A DNA stretch of 62,601 nucleotides, the filler included. It is 12 parts of 12 records of this genome, joined end to end, with 100 filler letters (N's around TTAATTAATTAA, not from the genome) between each part and the next. Parts side by side here need not be neighbours in the genome. Positions count along the whole stretch, not along the records: positions 40,833 to 52,329 come from SRR7504441_15805; positions 52,430 to 55,507 come from SRR7504441_15810; positions 55,608 to 58,972 come from SRR7504441_15857; positions 59,073 to 62,601 come from SRR7504441_15860; 8 more parts are not named here. One strand, given 5' to 3'. Under the pieces are notes generated by a model. That model was not told the origin of the DNA. It saw only the letters and a program-made list of their open reading frames with translations, and ran no database searches. Below are positions 50,377 to 61,223 of the stretch, one piece after another (position 1 is the first letter of the stretch; each line of letters begins with the position of its first letter). The position numbers and the translations under genes were made by a program.

Positions 50377-52329
50377 TTAGCTCTTGATGCAGCTCGCAGG
50401 GATCTTAAGGAGGTCCGTACGCTCACCCTCGGCTTGACTCCGTGCCAATGTAAATACGCTTCCATCTCGGCCGATAGCAATGCTGCACATGCACCACTTA
50501 AATAAACCGATGCTATAATTATTGCAGTGGCATTGCAAGGACGTACCTGTTGCAGTAGCTTGGCACGGATCCGTCTTGGAACGCCACCCGCCCGTGATCA
50601 GTATACCGCCGACTCGCAATGTCAAATGTGATCAGGTGCAGGTCTTCTGCCCCCTTGCTCTCGCCTTTGAGAGTGTTTGTGGCCGTCTGGCCGATGTAAC
50701 CACCAGTCAGATAGTAAATTCTGCTGTTGACCAGAGCGAATCCAAGATAACCATAAGAGAACATGTCCTCTGCTCCGTGCTCTTGGGAGGGAGCCGATGT
50801 GATTCGTTCGACCAGCTGCAATCTCTTCTCCCGTGGGTCGTAAACAAACACATAACCAGAATTGCCATGTACACCATAGAATCTACGCTCAGATGTACAC
50901 CACCACACCTGCCGCCAGTGGTACCCGAAAGTCCCTCCTTGCGATGTTTCAAATCTCCCAAAATATGGACGCTTGAGATCTAAACCCTCGACAATTTGAA
51001 TGCATTCGTGGTCGTAACTGTAACTGTACAAGTCTCCTTCCACAGTGGTCATGTATACAGACCCATCAGTCGGGCAGACAGCCAGACACCGGCAGAGGAC
51101 GCGATAGTCGCCGGAAGAAGGATGGCATGCCTCACCTTCGCCTGTTCCAAACAGGCTTACAATTTTGACTTCGCCACCCAAGTCCAGGCTTACAAAGTAG
51201 CCCCTGGGCCATGTCAGCGCGTACATGCGATTCCTTGAGACGTCCATGGTAAATGCAACAGCGCCTTCCTTGCCCCATGGCGTTTCTATCACACCAAGGT
51301 CCTCAAAGCACTCGCGCTTGATATCATAACAGAGAAAATGACCTCCAGGGTAGCCTTGCTTGCCATCTGGAGGATCTGGAAATGTCTCGAGCCCCCCTCT
51401 CATTGTATAGTATCCAACATGTGTCGCAAAGTAGAGCTTCAACTCGCTGGCTTCTACGAAGCAGCAATGAATCTTGCCTTGTGAGACCACGCCGGTTGGA
51501 TCTTCACCGCACGCAGCAGACAGGTCACCGACCCACTCCACAGCATCCCTTTGTGCACACCAACGGTACATCTGGCCTGCCACATCATGCTGAGTGCTAC
51601 ATAGAACATAATAAACATCTCCGGTGGATACTGCAGTACAGCCATTGTATGTGTCATGTGCGATATCAAATCCGGAGCCGTATCGTATGGCCCGCAGCTC
51701 AGCTCTGGAGATATCCGAATCCAACCGTTCGCGAGTCTTCCGAGCCTCAGCTAGGATCAGGCCTTCGCTGCAAGGGTGTACATTTCGAATATGGCCATAC
51801 ACTGAAAATGACAGTCATCAGAGCTCAACCGGCACATAACGATACCTTTGTGTGAATGAACGGTTTCGTAACCGCCTTCAAGATAGGCACTCGAGGTTGC
51901 AAAGTAGCCCTGCAAATGCCTCAGCAGTCAAAATAACCGAACAGGTGCGCGCAGGTGTCACACCTGGCAGCCATTAGCATACCCAACCAGTAAAGTAAAG
52001 CGGTCGTCGCCCTCGATGCCGTCTTGCTCTTCCAGATGCATTGCATATTCGTAAAACATCTCGCCCTCGAGTGCTAATAAAGTGATATCTCCAATCCTCA
52101 GCCCCTGCACTTCGAACCTGCGCGTGTTCTCGCCATCTTGTATATCCCTAGGCTTCCCCTGAACTGCTGCAAGTTGACGGTGGCTCCAGTCCACCATGGC
52201 GGCGTACATTGGCGTCTGCACGTTGGCTTCCGCTTTCCATTGTTGCATCTCAGCCACGCACGTTGCAGCGCAATCAATCCCTGGTAGAGGTTGCAATGGC
52301 AGATCAATAACTGAGCTACAAGTTCGAAT
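50377..52329 (-). CDS. Fusion of a neutral-ceramidase-like C-terminal region and a bacterial-type beta-propeller; 5'-truncated; 3 introns
   Basis: LRIGDITLLALEGEMF..LVGYANG|GYFATSSAYLEGGYE splices (introns 51910-51963, 51802-51845) into AHDTYNG..QGKIH..LYFATHVGYY..YPGGHFLCYD..ALTWPRG..GYHWRQ..FSYGYLGF..YYLTGG..SIAIGRDG. Confidence 0.7.
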
Positions 52330-52447
52330 NNNNNNNNNNNNNNNNNNNNNNNNNNNNNNNNNNNNNNNNNNNNTTAATTAATTAANNNNNNNNNNNNNNN
52401 NNNNNNNNNNNNNNNNNNNNNNNNNNNNNCGCCTGCACGAGCAACAC

Positions 52448-53026
52448 ATGGCGCTGCGGCAGCTTCTTCTCGTGCTGGTGCTGGTCACGCTACGAGTGTC
52501 TGTATTCGGCTTCCCGGCGCCCGAGTGGCAGACTGGGAACCCCGAGGCACATGCATGAGTTTGCACAGCAGCATCTGTTCTCAAAGATAGGCCTTGCATA
52601 CCCCCAGAAGGGCGTCAAGTGGTACAAGGATGACGTGGGACACGCGATTGCATACGATGGAATTCAGCTCAGCTGCAGGACATTTGCACGGATGGGCTTT
52701 CTGCTTTTGAACAACGGTAGCTGGGCAGGAGAACAGGTGGTGTCAAAGAAGTATGTGCAAGAAACAGTGCGTTCATCAACTAATTTAAACCTGGACATTG
52801 GGTCGCGCCACCTGATGCCACTGGTCGAAAGGAGGGCAACGGCAACAGCCCGTTTTTTCTGCGTGACCAAACCGACGTGTTTGGTATGCTTGGAGGTCAA
52901 GGTCAAGTGGCAATTGTGGAGCCGAGTCGAAATGCAGTCTACGTGCGACAAGGGGATTCAGCCCCTTTAGGTGACGACGAGTTCCAATTAGCACAGTTGA
53001 AAATGATTCGTGATGCATACAATTAA
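52448..53026 (+). pseudogene. Internally deleted, frameshifted secreted serine hydrolase (beta-lactamase class C-like)
   Basis: Signal peptide plus FPAPEWQTGNPEAH, then a stop. In another frame FAQQHLFSKIG...FARMGFLLLNNGSWAGEQVVSKKYV. In a further frame GMLGGQGQVAIVEPSRNAVYVRQG. No SxxK region, and no intron explains the shifts. Confidence 0.7.
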
Positions 53027-53121
53027 ATCGTCACATGTCGGTGACGTTAGCCAAGTTCAACTGGAACGTGCACGGCAGTTTTCTCGATCTACGAGTAAGT
53101 CTAGGTATGTGACATTTAAGC

Positions 53122-55344
53122 TTAGTTAGCATCTAGTCTGCGCTTACTCAGAAAGTCTGCTATTGTGTTAATCCGGACCAAAAGACCGGATTGCGCCAGG
53201 TAAGGGAGCTCGTTGGGCGCTCTACCCATGATACTGATTTCATAATATCGGCGCAGCTCATCCTCGTCACAACTATCTTGCTGAGACCGCATCAAAAGGT
53301 CACGAGAAGCCATGTGAGTCGAGAGGCTGACAATCTTCTTTTCGAGCAAAAACGCGTTGTCGTGCGTCTTATGGCCCGAGCAAAGCATCTCGTATTTCTG
53401 TTTCCAGTTCTGAAAGCCGCAATTGGCGTAATGGAGTACCACAGGGGCGCCTACCCCCTCAGCATCCATCGTCGGCAAGCCTCCGGTGGGTGTAGGATTG
53501 GCACAGAAGACATGCACCCCGCCTGGCATGACACAACTGTGCGTGGCGAGCACCACATACGCATGTGGTTCCAGACCACACCGAACCCGAGCAGCGCACT
53601 TGCCTATATTATATGCGTTGAAGTAGCTTGCCAACGGCTGGCCGTACCGGTTGAGCTTGATCCGAGCTTGATTGATCTGCTGCTCCTGCTGGTGCAGCGC
53701 TGGGGCCAGCACATCCAACAGCCGGCTATCTGCATCCGACTCGGCGCCCTTGGCAAGAGACTGCCGGAGAGTGTTGAAGGTTGGAGCTCTCAACAGATTG
53801 CGCCGCCTATGCATAGGGTCGTGATTGACCACAGGCCGGCCTTTGAGCAGGTGCGAGTTTAGCTTGAATAGACTGGCCTGCTCAAAGCAGTCGACCACAT
53901 CCAAGCTTTCAGGCACCACCTCCAGGTTGTGGAACCGGATCTGCATGGTCTCTTCGGGCACCCGACCAAAGTAGCTACGCGCATCCTGGCAGTGCGGGGT
54001 GTAGAGAAGCTCGTCGGAGTCGATGTGCAGGATCCAGTCGAGCCCATCCTCGTGCGCAGCCCGACAAGCGTGCTCGATTACCAGCTGCTGCCGGGCCTGC
54101 ACATCGTGGATGTGCTCATGCATTTCAATCAGTTCGTCGCACGCACTCCACGGCTGATCTCTCGCCATCCGCTTCATCTCCGGCACACCAGCCGCTCCCT
54201 GCTGCTTCCGCTGATGCTCATCCATCCATTTTCGGCATCGCTCCCTGCCGTGCGCGGTGGCCTCCCTGAAGAACCGGCTGTGCTGCTCTTCAACGGCCCA
54301 CCAGCGCTCGTCGCATCTGTGGACCTCTGCCCTACATGCAAGACCATCCGGCCCGAGCGGTGCGCCTTGGCCAAAGCTCTCAGCCATGGCTATCGTCTCA
54401 TGCTCTGCCGGGTCGGAAGGCGCGTCAAAATACACGAAAATGCGCTCAAACCCACAGCCAAAGTGCCACAGTAGGAAGCTCTCCATGGCCTGAGGCCGCA
54501 TACCCCTGGTCAGCATTCCGAGGGCCAGTCGCGGGTCTCCCCGAGTCGGCGCGGTGGCCAGCACGGCCTTCGGTGGGTGTGGTCGGTAGTCCGCCGGCGT
54601 ATCCTCCTCGTCAGGCTCGCACATGTAGGCCTTGCCGAGCATTCGCCCCGGTCCAAAGTCACCCGGTCTGTCGGCCCAGCCACTCAGCTCCGGCAGCGGC
54701 CTTTGCACTGGTCGGAGTGCACTCGGCACCTCCCTCAATCCCTGGCCCCGGCACGCGCGCTCTGTCTGCCAGTGCACGCCCAGCCGGCCGGCAGCCTCCA
54801 GGCTATCCGCAAAGCTCCACTGGCTGATGTCCGCAGCCTCGCACAGCTCCACCGTCAGCCCCGGCGGTCCGTCAGGCACAGGCAGCCAGCAGTGCCCGCT
54901 GGCCAAAGGGAGTCCGGTGTCGTCCCGTGCGGCCCACGAGTCGATGTGGCTCACCCGCAGGCACGGCCCCTCGTCGTACTCCTCGGGGTCAGCCAGTAGC
55001 ACGTCGCCGACCCAGCGGACGCCGCACTCGCTGGCCGAAGGCCCAGGCCCGGTACGCACCGTCATGGTCGGCTGGTCGGCCTGCTCCTCCCACCATTCCG
55101 GGTCGTAGCAGATCCGGAACAGCCTGAGCCGCCCAGCGGTTACTGCCGCCTGCAGCTCGCGAAGCAGTTCCGAGGCCAATGGAGGATCCTGCTGCGGCTG
55201 GAGCTCGGCTGGCGGAACGCTGGACTCGTTCGCCTCAGCCTCAGCCGGCAGCTGTGGGGGTGGGACCGGCTGGCATTTGGCCTGGTGGGCGCGTAGCAGC
55301 ATCGGGTTGGCCAGGGCCGCCCCGCAGAGGCTGCACCGCGGCAT
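53122..55344 (-). CDS. Glycosyltransferase-like protein (GT-A fold, KOBITO1/Glyco_tranf_2_4-like); intronless
   Basis: FLLWHFGCGFERIFVYFD, ARQQL, DWILHIDSDELL (DxD), FHNLEVVPE, YFNAYNIGKCAARV, VLHYANCGF..WKQKY. Confidence 0.8.
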   Translation of the reverse strand: MPRCSLCGAALANPMLLRAHQAKCQPVPPPQLPAEAEANESSVPPAELQPQQDPPLASELLRELQAAVTAGRLRLFRICYDPEWWEEQADQPTMTVRTGPGPSASECGVRWVGDVLLADPEEYDEGPCLRVSHIDSWAARDDTGLPLASGHCWLPVPDGPPGLTVELCEAADISQWSFADSLEAAGRLGVHWQTERACRGQGLREVPSALRPVQRPLPELSGWADRPGDFGPGRMLGKAYMCEPDEEDTPADYRPHPPKAVLATAPTRGDPRLALGMLTRGMRPQAMESFLLWHFGCGFERIFVYFDAPSDPAEHETIAMAESFGQGAPLGPDGLACRAEVHRCDERWWAVEEQHSRFFREATAHGRERCRKWMDEHQRKQQGAAGVPEMKRMARDQPWSACDELIEMHEHIHDVQARQQLVIEHACRAAHEDGLDWILHIDSDELLYTPHCQDARSYFGRVPEETMQIRFHNLEVVPESLDVVDCFEQASLFKLNSHLLKGRPVVNHDPMHRRRNLLRAPTFNTLRQSLAKGAESDADSRLLDVLAPALHQQEQQINQARIKLNRYGQPLASYFNAYNIGKCAARVRCGLEPHAYVVLATHSCVMPGGVHVFCANPTPTGGLPTMDAEGVGAPVVLHYANCGFQNWKQKYEMLCSGHKTHDNAFLLEKKIVSLSTHMASRDLLMRSQQDSCDEDELRRYYEISIMGRAPNELPYLAQSGLLVRINTIADFLSKRRLDAN

Positions 55345-55949
55345 GTCCCCAGAACCACAAGCAGTGCCGTTATCACACGCACGCCTGACCGGACCGCAAA
55401 ACTCAAGTTCATCAAGCTACATAGGCAGTACCAGCTACAAAACTACTACAAAACCTCATTCTAGAAAAGTCGGTTACTCCATGCCGCTGTGGCGGGTAAG
55501 GCGGCGGNNNNNNNNNNNNNNNNNNNNNNNNNNNNNNNNNNNNNNNNNNNNTTAATTAATTAANNNNNNNNNNNNNNNNNNNNNNNNNNNNNNNNNNNNN
55601 NNNNNNNGAACCGGATTGTACAATAGAACTATACTAGCACTTTGACTTGAAACAAGGTGTACTCGTTTAGCGTAAATTGCGCTCTAGATTAGTTGTAGAT
55701 AGGTTGCGATAATCGAGTTTCATGATCACTCTTGAAATCTTCAGTTTATTCATATGTAAGTCTATACGGTATTCATTCCACATCCGGATACAAAGCACCA
55801 AGTCTTTGTATCTATCCATTGCTTCATGAACAAAGCGGGCGCCAGCCAGCCGGCGCCCATTGCAATCCCGCCTGTCTATAAGCTCGCATTAAGCTCGCAA
55901 TAGACCCACTGGATTGTGTCTAGCTAAGAAAGGAGGCAGCAGCCGTAAT

Positions 55950-58700
55950 TTACGACATGTCCACAACCTTGCGGCTGGTGTTGAACACGCCCTGCCCGTT
56001 GTTGATCCCGCAGAAGAAGTCGGCGAACACCAGTGAGATGATCGCCATCAGCTTCATCAGAATGTTGAGCGCAGGACCAGACGTGTCCTTGAGTGGGTCG
56101 CCAACAGTGTCGCCCACGACAGCGGACTTGTGCACCTCAGTCTTCTTGGCGTGCCTGTAGTAGTGCTCGTCGGCGTTCTGGCCAACAGAGTCCAGCTTGG
56201 CCAGGTGCGCGGCCTGGGCCTCGTGGGCCTCAACCTCGACAGCCTGGCCCATCGGGTCCTGGCTCTTGAGGATCACATTGCCCTTCTCCACGTACTTCTT
56301 GGCGTTGTCCCACGCGCCACCGGCGTTGGACTGGGAAATGGCCAGCTGGACCCCGGAGGTGAGTCCTCCTACCAGCAGACCGCAGACGGCCTCCACGCCA
56401 AAGAAGATCCCGGTGATGATTGGTGACAAGATCACGAGCAGACCGGGCAGGATCATCTCCCGGAGTGACGACTCTGTGGAGATCTTGATGCACTGGGTGT
56501 AGTCCGGCTTGTCCGGCGAGTTCTCCTGGATCAGGGACGGGTTGGCATCGAACTGACGCTTGACCTCCATCACCATCTCCTTAGCAGCCACACCGACCGA
56601 CTTCATAGTGAATGCAGTGAACGCGTACGGCAGCATCGCACCAATAAACAGGAAGGCGAATGTGATCGGCTGCAGAATGTCGATCACAATCGAGATGCTC
56701 TGCCCGTCCAGGGTCGGGAGCTGTGCCAGATGAGTCGACACGCGAGCCTGGAATCCGCCAAACAGCGCCAGGGACACAAGCGCAGCAGAGCCGATCGCGA
56801 AGCCCTTGCCAATCGCGGCGGTGGTGTTGCCAGCGGCATCGAGGGCGTCAGTCTTGTCGCGCACGTCCTCAGGGAAGCCAGCCATCTCGGCGAGCCCTCC
56901 AGCGTTGTCGCACACGGGGCCGTACACGTCAATCGACAGGCAGGTGGAGAGAGTGCCCAGGAACCCGAGGGCTGAGAGTGCCACGCCGTACATACCGGCG
57001 TACTTGAAGGCCACGAACACGTTGATGGCGATGATCGCGATCGGGATGATGCAAGACTTGTACCCAAGGGCGAGCCCGTAGATGATGTTGGTGGCGGCGC
57101 CAGTCTCACATGAGTAGGCCACGTCACGCACCGGGGTGTACGAGTGCGAGGTGTAGTACTCGGTGACGAACCCGATGATGCACCCGCCGAACAGACCGCA
57201 CGCGATGCACAGGAACGCGTCCCAGCGGGAGACGGCAGAGGTAACACCCTGGATCACGAACTCGGATGGGAGGAACGCGTAGCACATGGGGACCATCACG
57301 CCAGTCATCATGACGCAGGTGAGCCCGAGCTGCACCTTGAGCACGGTCTCGACGTCCTCCTCCTTCTTAACAGTCCAAATGTGAGTGGCCACAAACGAGC
57401 AGACCATGCACACGAAGATGGACACAGCTGAGATGAGCAGCGGGAACATGAGCGAAGCGAAGCCGGACTCGACCAGGAAGGGGGTCTTGGTGGCGCACTC
57501 GATCAGGTTCTCGGTGGTAGTGCAGGTGCACGAGATGAAGTCGTGCGCGTAGAGGAAGTCCATGGTCGGGTACTGGGTGGAGATCACCAGCGCAGCGCAG
57601 GTGGCCTCAGCAAAGGAGCCGAACAGGTCAGAGCCCATGCCAGCAACGTCACCGACGTTGTCGCCGACGTTGTCAGCGATGGTGGCTGGGTTGCGAGGAT
57701 CGTCCTCCGGGAGGTTGTTGACCACCTTGCCAGCAAGATCGGCACCAACATCAGCAGCCTTAGTGTAGATGCCACCACCGACGCGACCGAACAGGGCGAT
57801 GCAGGAGCCGCCAAGACCGTACCCGGCGATGCACTCCATCAGAGTGGTGACCTCGAGGGTTTGGCCGTTGTCATCGTAGGCGCTGGAGTTGTGCAGGTCA
57901 TAGTTCTTGTCGAACACAGTGGCAAAGATGTTGATCAGGATGAACAACACGCCCAGAGCCAGCCCGCACAGAGCGAAGCCCATCACGCTGCCCGCCTGGA
58001 AGGCGGTGTTGAAGCAAGAAGTCCAGGCGGCTGCCTCGTCCTTTTTGGCGGCCTGCATGGCGCAACGAGCATTGGCGAACACAGCCACGGTCATCCCAAT
58101 GTAGCCGGACAGGATCGAGGTGAGCCCACCCACGGCGAACGAGACGGCGGTGAGCCCGCCGACCGACCAGTTGAAGCTCTTTGCGGCCTCGTGGCCCATA
58201 AAGAGCTTGCCGACGGTGACGGTCGCGTTATGCGCGTCGAGGGTGGAGGTCGGATCGATGATGGCCCGTGGGTTGGTGTAGTCGCCGGCTGCGGTGTTGA
58301 CGTATGCAGTCAGGAAGAGCACGATCAGCCCGAACACCGCGATGAAGATGAAGCACAGGGTGTACTCGGCCAGGAGGAACGCGTTGGCGCCCTCCCGCAC
58401 CAGCTCGTAGATGTAGGCCAGCTCGGTGTACATGTTGGACGACATCTCGTCCATCAGGGGTTGGGTGTTGTCGCCCTCGCTCTTGGACGGCTCGTCCAGC
58501 GAGACCTTGGCGACCTGCATGAATTGGTAGATCGCGAACAGGATCCCGACCACAGAGGCCACCACGATCAGGATGGAAGCCGCGCTAGCGCTGGCGTTCA
58601 CATCCGCGCCAGTGGTCGCGGTCCAGGCTACAGTCGTGTTGACGTCGAACGCAAAGTTCTTGCACGCGCCTGCTGCGGCATCCAAGCTCGGGATCGACAT
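55950..58700 (-). CDS. Vacuolar/acidocalcisomal H+-translocating pyrophosphatase, K+-dependent type; intronless
   Basis: RVGGGIYTKAADVGADLAGKV..LPEDDPRNPATIADNVGDNVGDVAGMGSDLF, DALDAAGNTTAAIGKGFAIGSA (GNxxAA), GGAWDNAKKY, GDTVGDPLKDTSGP. Confidence 0.98.
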   Translation of the reverse strand: MSIPSLDAAAGACKNFAFDVNTTVAWTATTGADVNASASAASILIVVASVVGILFAIYQFMQVAKVSLDEPSKSEGDNTQPLMDEMSSNMYTELAYIYELVREGANAFLLAEYTLCFIFIAVFGLIVLFLTAYVNTAAGDYTNPRAIIDPTSTLDAHNATVTVGKLFMGHEAAKSFNWSVGGLTAVSFAVGGLTSILSGYIGMTVAVFANARCAMQAAKKDEAAAWTSCFNTAFQAGSVMGFALCGLALGVLFILINIFATVFDKNYDLHNSSAYDDNGQTLEVTTLMECIAGYGLGGSCIALFGRVGGGIYTKAADVGADLAGKVVNNLPEDDPRNPATIADNVGDNVGDVAGMGSDLFGSFAEATCAALVISTQYPTMDFLYAHDFISCTCTTTENLIECATKTPFLVESGFASLMFPLLISAVSIFVCMVCSFVATHIWTVKKEEDVETVLKVQLGLTCVMMTGVMVPMCYAFLPSEFVIQGVTSAVSRWDAFLCIACGLFGGCIIGFVTEYYTSHSYTPVRDVAYSCETGAATNIIYGLALGYKSCIIPIAIIAINVFVAFKYAGMYGVALSALGFLGTLSTCLSIDVYGPVCDNAGGLAEMAGFPEDVRDKTDALDAAGNTTAAIGKGFAIGSAALVSLALFGGFQARVSTHLAQLPTLDGQSISIVIDILQPITFAFLFIGAMLPYAFTAFTMKSVGVAAKEMVMEVKRQFDANPSLIQENSPDKPDYTQCIKISTESSLREMILPGLLVILSPIITGIFFGVEAVCGLLVGGLTSGVQLAISQSNAGGAWDNAKKYVEKGNVILKSQDPMGQAVEVEAHEAQAAHLAKLDSVGQNADEHYYRHAKKTEVHKSAVVGDTVGDPLKDTSGPALNILMKLMAIISLVFADFFCGINNGQGVFNTSRKVVDMS

Positions 58701-59072
58701 GCTCGCACGATCGAACCACACGAGCGAAACTCTACAGGACTCTGAGAGGCGTGCGTGAGACTATCAAAATGAGCTAAAAATAAACCAGCCCGAATGCAGG
58801 CTGCCGCGACGCACAGTAAACACTTTGATGCGTTTGATGTTGCCGCGTGTGGCTGGGAGGCGACGAATTATGATAGTCTCGAGTGCCGGACCCCGATCCA
58901 CGTTTATTAGACCCACGTGTGAGGTAGCCGCTATGAAGTGAGGAGAGTCCGTTAAAAATGGATCGGCCGGGGNNNNNNNNNNNNNNNNNNNNNNNNNNNN
59001 NNNNNNNNNNNNNNNNTTAATTAATTAANNNNNNNNNNNNNNNNNNNNNNNNNNNNNNNNNNNNNNNNNNNN

Positions 59073-59405
59073 AGCACAGTGAGCTGTGTAAGACTGCTCA
59101 GCACTGGCACCGTGCCACTCAGGCTGTTGGTGCTCAGGTCGAGCGCACTGAGCTGCGTGAGGCTGCTCAGCTCCGCGGGAACCGTGCCACTTAGGCTGTT
59201 GGCTTTCAGAAGGAGATAAGAGAGCCCCGTGATGCTGGCCAGTCCCAGTGGCACTATTCCACTCAACCTGTTGGTCCTCAGGGAGAAATATTTGAGCCCT
59301 GTGACGGTGGACAGCTCCGCGGGCACCGTGCCACTATCGGCCGCCTAGGTACAGCGCGGGCCTGGTCAGCACCGCCAGTGCCAGCAGGCCGGCGCGTCCA
59401 TACAT
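59073..59405 (-). pseudogene. Extracellular plant-type LRR protein fragment; signal peptide joined out of frame to the LRRs; 3'-truncated
   Basis: 24-aa repeats SGTVPAELSTVTGLKYFSLRTNRL / SGTVPAELSSLTQLSALDLSTNSL. Upstream MYGRAGLLALAVLTRPALYLGGR-stop is one frame off. Confidence 0.6.
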
Positions 59406-59795
59406 GTTGGCAGGGCGCCCGACCGTTGAGCAGGTTAGGAACTGCGGCAAAAAAACGGCCGCGTGAAAAACGGCGGGATGACCTTTCGGGCGAACAGAAG
59501 CTCAACCGTGCTTAAACCGTGCTCCGGGTCGTGCTAGGACCACCTTGGTCCTCGAGCTCGTATACACACTCGCAACGAATGTTGCACAGCTAAACACGAT
59601 ATAAACACGAGGGAAATTAAAAATCAGATGGGTCGTAGCTCAGTAGCATTATAATTGAAAGTCCTAGTTAGTTGTAGCCAAATGAGCCGGTCTGTAAGTG
59701 CAGTTACGATCAAAGTATCAGGCTGTCGTGAACGTGCTAGCGCTTAGCATTCGGTGTAGTTGAATACTTTCTTCAGTTTTTGGTGAAGTTGCAGC

Positions 59796-61115
59796 TCAGC
59801 AGCACGACACTTTCTTGTCCTTCTCCTTAGGCTCCTTTGCGGCAACAGCATTCAGCCTCTTGCTTGCGGCCTGCTCATTCTTCTCCCGCAGATCTTGGGC
59901 CGCGCGAGCTGCAGCGGCCTGCTCATCCTCGGTCCCCTTGGCGTCAGCCTGCTCTCCGGGTCGGGGCTCCGGGTCGGAAACAGCTGGGGCGTGGGCAGCC
60001 TGCTCCTCCTCCGCCTTCTCGGCGGCAGGTCTCGATGACTGAACGGCCTCGGCCGATTGGTTCCACTCCGGGTTGCTGAACTCTGTGGTCTGCCTGCCCA
60101 TCCTCTCGTGCTCCTTCGTATTGGTGTGCCACTCCGTGTTGCTGAACATTGTGGTCTGCCTGCCAATGGTACACGCACTCGACTGCTGCTTCCATGCCGC
60201 TAAAGCGCGCCCGGCTGAGCTGTCAAAAGAGGCAGACCGTCGGTATGCCCAGCGCATCAGAGTCAGTGCGTGCGCCTGCTCCGCAGCCACTCGTGCAGCC
60301 TCGGCAGCTGCTCGCGCTGCCTCAGCCTCGCGCGCCTCCTCCTCCGCATGCAGCCGTGCTGCTTCTTGCTCCGCCGCTTTGATCTCGGCTTCCATGCGCG
60401 CCTCCTCCTCTTCGGCTGCTCTGCGCTCGGCCGCGCCCCGTGCCTTTTGCTCCCTGGCTGCCCCATCCTCCGCTGCCTGCCGTGCGGCCACCTCCGCTGC
60501 AGCCTTGGTCTCGGCCTCGGCCCGAGCCACCTCGGCCTCCTTGATCAGCATCCTGTTCAGGAAGGCGGCTGTGGCTCTGTAGCCCCGCACCGCTTCTATG
60601 CTGTCAAAGTAGGTGCACCACTCGGTCACCGAGACCTGCCGGTTGTTGTCGAAGTCCAGATCCCCGAACAGCTGCTTGAGCTCTGCCCAGCGCCACCGAC
60701 CGGTCTCGTCATAGATCCGCATCATCTCGTCGTAGTCCACCTTCCTGTCCTTGTCCACGTCCAGCGCCATGAACAGCCGCCGGGCCAGATCGGGCACCGT
60801 CGGCACCTCACCCTCCTCCTCAGCCGCCCTCTTTGCAGCCGCCTCCTCCTCGGCCCTCTTTGCAGCCGCCTCCTCCTCGGCCTGCTTTGCCTTCTTTGCG
60901 GCCGCTGCCTCCTGCAACCACTCCTGGTCCTCGTGTGCAACCTCCACTAACTCAAGCTTCAGGCCCGCCGCCCTCTCGGCAGCCTCCCAGTCCGCGCGGG
61001 CCTGGTGAGCCCTCTCCGTCTCCTCGCGCTTCCTGGCCTGCTCCTCCTTCCGTGCGGTCTTGGCCTTCTCTTTGGCGTCCCAGTCCGCCATGAGCGGCCC
61101 AGTGGTGCGAGGCAT
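59796..61115 (-). CDS. EF-hand protein with Glu/Ala/Arg-rich helical regions and C-terminal CC
   Basis: FMALDVDKDRKVDYDE and FGDLDFDNNRQVSVTEW. EEEAAAKRA repeats, duplicated GRQTT.FSN.EW, ends KKVSCC. Start codon uncertain (61115 or 61091). Confidence 0.75.
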   Translation of the reverse strand: MPRTTGPLMADWDAKEKAKTARKEEQARKREETERAHQARADWEAAERAAGLKLELVEVAHEDQEWLQEAAAAKKAKQAEEEAAAKRAEEEAAAKRAAEEEGEVPTVPDLARRLFMALDVDKDRKVDYDEMMRIYDETGRWRWAELKQLFGDLDFDNNRQVSVTEWCTYFDSIEAVRGYRATAAFLNRMLIKEAEVARAEAETKAAAEVAARQAAEDGAAREQKARGAAERRAAEEEEARMEAEIKAAEQEAARLHAEEEAREAEAARAAAEAARVAAEQAHALTLMRWAYRRSASFDSSAGRALAAWKQQSSACTIGRQTTMFSNTEWHTNTKEHERMGRQTTEFSNPEWNQSAEAVQSSRPAAEKAEEEQAAHAPAVSDPEPRPGEQADAKGTEDEQAAAARAAQDLREKNEQAASKRLNAVAAKEPKEKDKKVSCC

Positions 61116-61223
61116 GGATGTCCAATCCAGTGCCAACCCGCCAAGCGCCAACAGACAACAGTTGTATGTCCGTTACAGCCCGGAACTCCTGGGGCTACCA
61201 GAAGGCACCCAAGGATCGACGAC

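Noticed and set aside
57543-58745. Long antisense ORFs (also 42530-43336, 61173-62282, 32020-32910, 11975-12745)
   Set aside because: Shadow ORFs produced by GC-rich biased codon usage on the opposite strand of clear genes.
58860-58972. Possible transposon end at the contig edge
   Set aside because: No second copy, inverted partner or transposase in the window.
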